Source: a virus. From it: a stretch of 64,000 nt of DNA. Position 1 is the first letter of the stretch, and every line of letters starts with the position of its first letter. Of this stretch, positions 57,501 to 64,000 are shown one piece after another. Made by a program: the position numbers and the translations under genes. The DNA lies in the IMG/VR virus record IMGVR_UViG_3300046665_000384, positions 28,974 to 92,973 of that record. The stretch is one strand, 5' to 3'. The notes under the pieces are model-generated. The model was not told the origin of the DNA. It saw only the letters and a list, made by a program, of their open reading frames with translations, and did not search any database.

Positions 57501-60500
57501 TTTTCGCGTTGAATGCCTTGATGGCCTTGGCCGCCGCGTCGGCCTGCGCCGCGCTGAACTTGAACTTGATGATGCCGGCGTGCAGTTCGGGATCGTTGAT
57601 CACGCGCGTCATCTTGCGGATCAGGTTGAACGGGCTGGCCGCGAGCTTTTCTTCCGGCGTACCGCCACCCGCCCGGACCACTTCCACGGCTTCCAGATAC
57701 TCGTCCTTGAAACCGATGATCTGGCTGTAGGCGTCCGCCCCGATGTCCACCGACGTGTCGATTTCGTCGGAATCGGGCACGACGATGTTCAGGCCGTCCG
57801 CTTTTACGTCCTCGGCCGTCTTGATGACCACGGAGCTTTGCAGCAGGCGGCGCAGCAGGCTCACGTTTTGCAGGCCGTCGAACACGCGCACCGGGCGCAT
57901 GATGCCGACAATGTTCTCTTCCTCGCGCTCCTCGATGGAGCAGGCTGCTGCCATGAAGCTGTCCGCGCCGGTAACGCCGTACATCGCGTTGACCTCGCGC
58001 TCGCCCAGCGCCAGCGTCAGCATTGCGTACATCTCCAGCGGCGAATTCGTGATCGGGGTCGCAGTCAGGGACAGCACGCCGTCGTTGCGCGGGGTCAGGT
58101 TGCGGATGAACCATGCCTTTGCCTGCATGTCCATGCCGCGCTGGCTCTTGGCCGGGTCGGCGAGGTACTTCGCGCCCTTGAACTGGCTCGAAGTCATCTT
58201 GCTGTTCTTGTAGTTGTGCGCCTCGTCCAGCACGAGCGAATCGACGCCCATGTCCTCGAAGTAGGGCAGCGCGCCGGACTTCTCGCCGAGGTCGCGCACC
58301 TGCTTGGTCTTGCTGTCGGCCGCGATGCTCGCCTTTTTCTTGCTGGCGTCGTCCTCGGACAGCAGGTACGCGTCGTCGTTCTCCGACAGGTAGCTGATGT
58401 ACGCTTCCATCGTCTCGTCGCGCAGCGGGATCATCTTGAACGCTTCCAGCGTCATGAAAATCTTGCTGTGGCGATTCTCGCGGATCGCGTTCAGGTCGGC
58501 TTTGACCTGCGCGCCGTCGATCTTGTCCTTGCCGTTCTTGCCGGCCACCAGACCGACGTACAGGCAGTCTGACGTGTCCAGATACGCCTTGCCGCTTTCC
58601 TTCTTCCAGTTGGTCAGGGTCGCGTTCGGTACCACGAAGATGGTTTTGCGCTTGACGCCGATGCTCTGGCAATACTGCGTCGCGGCCAGTGCGGTCAGGG
58701 TCTTGCCGAGGCCCACGTCAAAGCCCAGCACGCCGCCGAAGTTGCGCGCGAACCGGCGCACCGCCGCGAACTGGTAGGAGTGCGGGCGGAAGTCGATCAC
58801 GTTCAGGTTCGGGATTTCGACCGGCGAGCCGTCCGGTTCTTCGATGAAGCGCAGCGCCTCGGGCGAGTTCAGGCGGTTGTTCAGGCCCACCTGAATCTCG
58901 TCGTTGGCGCGTGCCCACGCGTCGAACTGGGCTTTCGCCTTGTCGGCGATGTCCTTGATGCGGCGGATGAGCGCGGCTTCCTTGTCCGGATCAGCCTCGA
59001 CGTCGACCTGCTTGTTTTGCGTCGTGATGTTCTGGTTCTTCAGGTAGCCCTTCACGAAGCGCTGCATCGCTTTGTACTGGGCAATCTCCTCTTCCTTGGC
59101 GTAGGTACCGGGCTTTTTCTGCTTGATGTCGAACACCTCGCGGCCGTCCACATCAGTCGACAGGAAGATGTCGGGGCTGACGTATGCGCGCAGGAATTCC
59201 AGCTTTTGCAGCATCGTGATATGCGGCGTGAACAGGCTGAACTGCATCGTGGAGACGTCCACGGTCGCAAGACGCGATTTCGCCGCGTCGTGCTGGCGCA
59301 CCAGCTTGGCGCGCACGGCCGGGTCGTCGCACTGCGCCAGTTCTCCCTCGGCGTTGCGCAGGAAGTCGGCATAGCTGCCGGTGTAGTAGTCGTTGGCGTG
59401 CATGACGGCCTTGCCGTCCGCCGAGACGCACCATTCGTCGCTCTCCAGCGGGTCGAAGCCGGAGAACGTGGCCTGCAACTTCTCGACCGGGACGTAGCGG
59501 GTCTCATCCTCAGCCTCGTACTTGACCTTTTCGTACAGCTGGGAGGGCGTCAGAGACACGGCCTCCTGTGCGGCGCGAATTTCGCCCAGCCAGAACGGCG
59601 TGAACTCGCCCTTCACGCGCGCATTGCGGATCGACAGCAGGCCGTCGCGCACCAGCTTGGAGGCGCGGCCGAGGGTCTTGTTGCCGTACGCCTGCACGCG
59701 CGCCAGCTGCGCCGACAGCACCGGGTAGCCCTCGCGGTAGTTGTACGGCTCGACGCTGCTCGACTCTTGCATCAGACCCATGACGGCCAAGCCGGCGCAG
59801 ATCGCTTCCCACCAGCTGGGCACCTCGCTCACGGACACGGCGTCGAGCGCCTTGCCCACGGCATTGAGCCATGCCGGGATGCTCAGGTGGCGGCCCTTCA
59901 TGCCCTGATACTCCATCCACTGGTGCGCCTGCGCCCATGTGATGCCGTTGTTGACGCAATCGAGCGGGGTCTGCACCTTCTGGCCGAGGTCCGTCATCGA
60001 CTTGCTCTCGGCCCCATTGGAGGCCAGCGCCACCCAGCCGCCATCCTTGAATTCAAGGGTTTGGCCGTTCGCGTGGATGACGTCGCCATCCTCGTACACG
60101 ATGGGCGCGGTCTCGGTCTGCTCCAGCAGCTGCCAGTTGATGTGCGAGGCCGGGAAGCGCTTGATCATCTTGACGATGTTCGCGATGGTGTCGTCGTTGA
60201 TGACGGCGGCCACCTCGCCGTATTTGCCCTTGGTCGTGCCCTCTTCGCCGAGGATGTACTTGCGGCCCTCGCCAGCGAAGTATTTGCCGCTCAGGAATTC
60301 ATCCCACAGCACATTGGCCTCGGACAGCACGGCCGGGTTCTGCTGCTGCAATTCCTCGATCTTCAGCGCGGCCTCGCGCGAGAACTTGCGGAACACGATC
60401 AGGTCCGTCGTCACGTCGGCGGCGGCCGTCGTGAAAATGCTGTTCGGCAGGCGGTACGCGCCGACGAATTCGGCCATCAGAGACGCGCTCTGGCGCAGCT

Positions 60501-61431
60501 TGACCTCTTTGCCCGACAGGCCGCTCACGATGGACTTCGGCACGATGAAAGCGGCCAGCCCGTTTGGCTTGAGCTTTTGCAGCGAGCGCAGGACGAAGTA
60601 TTCCTGCAAATTCGCCTTCTGGAACCGGCTGTCCTTCAGCGGGTTGTCACCGCGCATGGCGAGGTCGCCAAACGGCACGTTGGTCACGATGGCGTCGTAC
60701 ATCTCGTCCGGGGTCGCGGCGGCCACCGCCTCGAACGGCGAAATGGTCGTGCTGGAGGTCGGGCCGTCGTTGATCGCGGCGTTGATGCTGCCGGAGGTCT
60801 CGTCCAGCTCGATCTGCGTCATGACGGCCGAGGTCGGGCGCGTCGCGGCGAACACGCCGGAACCCGCCGAGGGGTCGAGCACCGTGCCGCCCTTGAAGCC
60901 CAGTTCTTCCAGCAGGGACCACGCCGCGCCGGCAACCGCTTTCGGGGTGTAATACTCGTAGGGCGATCCGGTCATCCCGTTGGCGTCCACGAGGCCGCCG
61001 CCGTTGCCGCTGTACTTGGCCAGCACCTCGCGCTCGTCGTCGGTCACGGCCACCTCGCCGGCCTTGATCTTGGCCAGCAGCGCGATAGCGGCGTCGTTGT
61101 CCTTCTGGCGCTGGCCCTTGGTGCGCTTGCCCTCTTCGGGATAGAAGCGCTGCGTGTCGTGCGGCTCGGTGCCCACGAGCTTTTGCGCGGGCGCGGCCGG
61201 CACCTCGGGCGCGGGCGCGGGCTGCGGGGCCGGCTTCGGGCGTTTGCCCATCTCGATCACGATTTCACGGATGCGCACGCCGATCTTCAGCAGGCGCATG
61301 CGCGATGCCGTGTCGGTCTGCTCCCGGATCGTGTCGCGCTCTTTCTTGAGCTTCGCGAACTCGGCCGCGAGCTTGAAGTGGACCAGCTTCGCGCTGGCTG
61401 ACGATGGAGTGTCGTCCGTTGTAACAGTCAT
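54571..61431 (-). CDS. darB: DarB-like methyltransferase/SNF2 helicase
   Basis: YSG.GG, EYYTP, LDPSAGSG, TNVPF; DVGLGKT, DEAH, LTATP..NS, QRNGR.VRQGN; 2286 aa. Confidence 0.92.
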   Translation of the reverse strand: MTVTTDDTPSSASAKLVHFKLAAEFAKLKKERDTIREQTDTASRMRLLKIGVRIREIVIEMGKRPKPAPQPAPAPEVPAAPAQKLVGTEPHDTQRFYPEEGKRTKGQRQKDNDAAIALLAKIKAGEVAVTDDEREVLAKYSGNGGGLVDANGMTGSPYEYYTPKAVAGAAWSLLEELGFKGGTVLDPSAGSGVFAATRPTSAVMTQIELDETSGSINAAINDGPTSSTTISPFEAVAAATPDEMYDAIVTNVPFGDLAMRGDNPLKDSRFQKANLQEYFVLRSLQKLKPNGLAAFIVPKSIVSGLSGKEVKLRQSASLMAEFVGAYRLPNSIFTTAAADVTTDLIVFRKFSREAALKIEELQQQNPAVLSEANVLWDEFLSGKYFAGEGRKYILGEEGTTKGKYGEVAAVINDDTIANIVKMIKRFPASHINWQLLEQTETAPIVYEDGDVIHANGQTLEFKDGGWVALASNGAESKSMTDLGQKVQTPLDCVNNGITWAQAHQWMEYQGMKGRHLSIPAWLNAVGKALDAVSVSEVPSWWEAICAGLAVMGLMQESSSVEPYNYREGYPVLSAQLARVQAYGNKTLGRASKLVRDGLLSIRNARVKGEFTPFWLGEIRAAQEAVSLTPSQLYEKVKYEAEDETRYVPVEKLQATFSGFDPLESDEWCVSADGKAVMHANDYYTGSYADFLRNAEGELAQCDDPAVRAKLVRQHDAAKSRLATVDVSTMQFSLFTPHITMLQKLEFLRAYVSPDIFLSTDVDGREVFDIKQKKPGTYAKEEEIAQYKAMQRFVKGYLKNQNITTQNKQVDVEADPDKEAALIRRIKDIADKAKAQFDAWARANDEIQVGLNNRLNSPEALRFIEEPDGSPVEIPNLNVIDFRPHSYQFAAVRRFARNFGGVLGFDVGLGKTLTALAATQYCQSIGVKRKTIFVVPNATLTNWKKESGKAYLDTSDCLYVGLVAGKNGKDKIDGAQVKADLNAIRENRHSKIFMTLEAFKMIPLRDETMEAYISYLSENDDAYLLSEDDASKKKASIAADSKTKQVRDLGEKSGALPYFEDMGVDSLVLDEAHNYKNSKMTSSQFKGAKYLADPAKSQRGMDMQAKAWFIRNLTPRNDGVLSLTATPITNSPLEMYAMLTLALGEREVNAMYGVTGADSFMAAACSIEEREEENIVGIMRPVRVFDGLQNVSLLRRLLQSSVVIKTAEDVKADGLNIVVPDSDEIDTSVDIGADAYSQIIGFKDEYLEAVEVVRAGGGTPEEKLAASPFNLIRKMTRVINDPELHAGIIKFKFSAAQADAAAKAIKAFNAKNVVEERDYPDENADPADIKTRVVKDTETGESVTKYLVTVRARAAATGRAVELLSTDYETQDVLLKIMATNGVSPTVTISPKLAAVIENFRAEAASPRWMGQAKQIIFCDELGLHHKIKLALTQAVGIPASKIKIVNAVAVDTAGMQEVQDGFNADGEDNKYSVIIANKKAEVGINLQKGTQAIHHMTIGWTPDSIHQRNGRGVRQGNPLARVNVYHYDADGTFDGYKRKLVGIKADWIGSLMSGDEATIKIEGDLSKEDYEMMANAVGDADAMSRLSDEIALRNKRQKRAAVKVAQLQSLRIIEAQTKWLEKFAATENYKQKIGFAAWVNSKLAVAKQTSIAISNARERLDATEGPILAERLRKQIAELQAKRTEQLSMLGGLPVDPFGMPVTPYEGGAFSEADKLTAAYQNWQKDVNIANRMKEEAAVSFAVRADEGYGKSDLEAFNSGNAEIVNGTLAVVGTFVEHEGKLMVVRKPVNGAKSLVGFNPADLTDTELLRMTGAQFIGRDMEEWGRTVQRAVAADERAISLSAGFSPGTLELYSSLVAEVRDALSVPIPAQAMALDSILLTPPYFLFVLPQGASGGALVDKIKAEQAPLIEAYTSNGRSVKLRDLRVIARSGYFQGELKAAAIKQYAIAHKMRATQADLQAIDAYYLTVNKVLDSLGLIKEFFNALPEGVASVKTPEELDAWALGWFNSKQEFMQVDTLETALLHSFAQYRKWSNRIDDGTERWIELESGSKYTLAAPWVAALGDAVTNGLIADQVLAYANAYYPPSDFMVQNENGKKLAGVLFAEADGRVELKVAVTEARASMNVPASARLYVSSWDAAVALVESTLSSRWADMKGWARAYRAANRIDTEGIDLDGMLKALRALDGVTSAEVGTMDDMKTTDRYSASFMYKANEYVLLKTVRGSKTHEKIATAGAAGLQGRTFDNVSKAFRLTIKEGEKFSDGKPVASIASLFEHLNLSIKDYIV

Positions 61432-61476
61432 TCAGGTATCCCGGATTGAGGTGAAAAAAAGGGCCGCGTACTGGAA

Positions 61477-61517
61477 AGTATGCGACCCTGCAACCACCCG
61501 AAATCCGGGGCTTTTCC
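61477..61517 (-). promoter_or_regulatory. late-promoter motif upstream of darB
   Basis: GGAAAAGC-N27-CATACT. Confidence 0.65.
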
Positions 61518-61524
61518 TCGGCAA

Positions 61525-64000
61525 TTACGCTGCCGCCATCGCCTCCGCCATGAAGTTCGTATATGCCTCGATGGCCTGTCCCCACAGGGCTTCGACCTCG
61601 ACGTCGCCCGCGTAAGCTTCGCCGATTTTCTCGATCCGCTCGGCCAGATCGTCCGCCCACATATCGACGTTTTTGGACACTACGTCCTTCAGGAACGCGA
61701 TGTCGACGGCGCGCTGCGGGTTCGCGTCCGGGGTGACGTCGCTCGCGTCACCGCCGCCCGGCAGCTCGACCTTGGCGACCGGGGCCGGCGCATCCGGGGC
61801 CTTCCAGTTCAGGTCCGCCCATTCCTCGGCCATGACGCTCGCCACCTCGGCGGCGAGGTCCGGGCGTTTGGTCGCGATGTAGTCGGCCAGCGCCGCGCGG
61901 TGCGCGCCGGCTTCGTTCAGCACCCGGTAGACGTTGATGCGGGCCAGCTGCTCGATGGAGTCAGCGCCGACCTTGATGAAGGTTTCCATGTTCACGTTCG
62001 TGTCCTGTTGCGGTTGCGGCTCGATGGCCGGGGCAGGGGCGGGCGTCACCAGTGCTGCCAGATCGGCCGCTTCGCCATCGTTCAGGCGCTCGTCCGCGCG
62101 AATCTGTTCCAGCATGCCGGCCGGGATCGCGCGGCCTGCGGCCTGTTCCTGCTCGATGTACGCGCGGTAGCTCTCGAACTGGGCGCTACGGCCGCTGGGC
62201 GTGGGCTCGATCACTTCCGGCTCCTCGTCGTCGGCCGCGCCAATGGCCTTGCGCACCGCGCCCACGGTCTGCTTTTCCCAGTTCAGGTCCAGCTCGACGT
62301 TGTGGTCGACCAGCTCGTCGATGCTGATGTAGCCCAGCTCGGCATTCTGGCGGTCGCCGTTGAGGATCGCGAGGCCGAACGCCTGCTCGGTACCCTTGCC
62401 TTCCTTGTCGCGCTCGGTGATGTACCAGTCGGAGCTGCCCCGGAAGTAGTGCAGGGACACCACGGCCTTGTGGCCCATGCCGTCCTGCTCGTACGTCTTG
62501 GGCATCTTCGCGATGATCCCGGACATCTCGACCATCTTGTCAAAGAAATATTGCGCTTCCTCGCCGTTCATGGCGCTTTGGATGAAGCTGTACTGCATGC
62601 GCGGCATCCACGGCTTGAGCTTGGCCAGCGCGGCGCGGCCTTCTGCCTCGGTGGCCTGCGGCTCGGGCTGCACGTCGTCCTCGCCGTCCACGGTGGCCAC
62701 TTCCGGCGCTTCGCCTTCGATGAACAGGTTGAAAACCTCGCCGGATGAGCCTACACTATCGAGCAGGACTTGCTGCGCCGACGGCTCGGTGCAGAGTAGG
62801 GCGAGCAGCGAAAGACCCGTGCCATCGACGGAATCGAGTACCTCCGTGCTTCCACCCAAGTCCTCCTTATTCACGCTGTGGTCGTAGAAGAACGAGCCAT
62901 CGTCGCGTTCCTTCACGATCACACGCACCGTCAGGGCGTCGCCAGCCAACGCCACATCCGCCTTCAACACATGCACAGCCACGACGCGGGGCTCATCCCC
63001 GCGCAGCGGCAGCTTGCGCGTGCTCACGGCGTCCGCGAGGATCGTCGGCAGGGCTGGGACCAGCTTCAGCTTGCGCGGATCGGCGCTGAACGACAGCACC
63101 TTTTTCATGCCGGCGCGCTGGATTTCGATGTCTTTGTCGAGCGACTTGTTGAATACGGCAGTGCCCAGCAGCCGGTCCTTGAAGTAGGATTTCGCCGCGT
63201 CGCGCAGCTGGCGCTTTCCTTCGTCGGTCGTCTCGAACTGGCCCAGCTCGTCGCCGCTGACGGTCGCGGCCGGGGCCGGTTGCGCGAGCTGCACGTCGGC
63301 CGGGGCGGGGCGCTGGAATCCACGCTCGATGACTGCCTTGACGGCCTCCTCCTTGGTAAAGCCGAGGAAATCGTCGCTGAAGTGGCGGCCCGTATCGGCT
63401 TGGTACCACCAGCCGCTTTCCGGATCGCGGTAAATCTTGTAGGTCTTGCCGTCCGGCGCGGTCACGTCGTATTCGCCGCTGTCGGCGAAATCGTCGGCGC
63501 GCTTGACGGTTGGCTGCGGCACGGCCGGTGCCGGCGCGGCACCACCGAACAGGGGCCGGTACTGCTCCCAGTCCGGCGCGGCGCTCCACACGCCGTTGCG
63601 CGCGGTGATGGCGGGCTTTGCAAATTTGCTTTGCGCCTCGGCCAGCCACGCGAGCAGGATGGCGGCCAGCTGCGGATCGTTCTTCGCCTGCGTCTTGACC
63701 TTGTTCACGATGCTGCTGGCGAACAGCGAACGGTCCCAGCCGCGCGCCGTGCCCTCGTCCACAGCCTTGATGGTCGCGAGCGAGCCGGTAAAGTCACGCG
63801 TCAGCTTCTTGAACGTCGGATCGTTCTCGACGCGTGCGCGTGCGGTAGCCAGCGGGTCCAGCTCTCCGGTTTCCGCCGCGTTGGCTTCGGCGATCTGCCC
63901 GACGAGGGCGACGACTTCGCCCGCGATTGCCAACTCGGCCAGCGGATCCGCATTCTCGCCCAGTGCGAGCAGCGCCGCGCGGCGCGCGATCACGCGGCCT
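61525..64000 (-). CDS. DarA-like large polyvalent virion protein (5' end outside window)
   Basis: LPD3-like domain (N..L...I.....G.K...V.VIVKE...G.FFYD), LHYF....DWYITE domain, DarA-C-like helical tail. Confidence 0.6.
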   Translation of the reverse strand, partial: GRVIARRAALLALGENADPLAELAIAGEVVALVGQIAEANAAETGELDPLATARARVENDPTFKKLTRDFTGSLATIKAVDEGTARGWDRSLFASSIVNKVKTQAKNDPQLAAILLAWLAEAQSKFAKPAITARNGVWSAAPDWEQYRPLFGGAAPAPAVPQPTVKRADDFADSGEYDVTAPDGKTYKIYRDPESGWWYQADTGRHFSDDFLGFTKEEAVKAVIERGFQRPAPADVQLAQPAPAATVSGDELGQFETTDEGKRQLRDAAKSYFKDRLLGTAVFNKSLDKDIEIQRAGMKKVLSFSADPRKLKLVPALPTILADAVSTRKLPLRGDEPRVVAVHVLKADVALAGDALTVRVIVKERDDGSFFYDHSVNKEDLGGSTEVLDSVDGTGLSLLALLCTEPSAQQVLLDSVGSSGEVFNLFIEGEAPEVATVDGEDDVQPEPQATEAEGRAALAKLKPWMPRMQYSFIQSAMNGEEAQYFFDKMVEMSGIIAKMPKTYEQDGMGHKAVVSLHYFRGSSDWYITERDKEGKGTEQAFGLAILNGDRQNAELGYISIDELVDHNVELDLNWEKQTVGAVRKAIGAADDEEPEVIEPTPSGRSAQFESYRAYIEQEQAAGRAIPAGMLEQIRADERLNDGEAADLAALVTPAPAPAIEPQPQQDTNVNMETFIKVGADSIEQLARINVYRVLNEAGAHRAALADYIATKRPDLAAEVASVMAEEWADLNWKAPDAPAPVAKVELPGGGDASDVTPDANPQRAVDIAFLKDVVSKNVDMWADDLAERIEKIGEAYAGDVEVEALWGQAIEAYTNFMAEAMAAA

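Larger units (their letters stand above)
1..64000. mobile_element. P1-like phage-plasmid (myovirus) segment
   Basis: P1-type PacA/PacB, portal, capsid, sheath, Hdf, Ulx and DarB together with ParA, resolvase and CI/Cro; no host housekeeping genes seen. Confidence 0.9.

Overview
The whole window reads as part of a P1-like myovirus phage-plasmid (GC-rich, probably from a betaproteobacterium such as Massilia/Oxalobacteraceae; host is inferred). No host chromosomal genes were recognised. 1-16.4 kb holds mostly + strand early/accessory cassettes, including a QueF-like/TGT-like gene pair, a serine resolvase and a degenerate paralog, a dif-like Xer site with an adjacent IHF site, and a candidate structured ncRNA. 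16.4-28.3 kb (- strand) holds PacA/PacB terminase, nin-like genes, and lambdoid O/P-like replication genes with an internal iteron origin. A Cro/CI switch sits at 28.1-29.2 kb. 29.6-36.7 kb (+) holds RecT-like, exonuclease, an RdgC-FtsK-gamma fusion, ParB-like, a repeat array and ParA plus partner. 36.7-64 kb (-) holds the lysis cassette and P1-type virion genes (sheath, major capsid, Hdf, tube, tape measure, portal, Ulx, DarB, DarA-like). Two non-coding motif families were read directly from the sequence: an operator GTGAKCGCATAC inside five sigma70 promoters, and a fixed-geometry late-promoter motif GGAAA-box/N27/nAnAnT in 7 copies. The best novel-system candidates are: a phage-encoded FtsK-gamma fusion paired with a phage dif site; a self-contained tRNA-like ncRNA; a minimal deazaguanine-type (T-fold plus TGT) module; and hairpin-delimited small-ORF cassettes. 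All protein assignments come from motif recognition and recall, not database searches.
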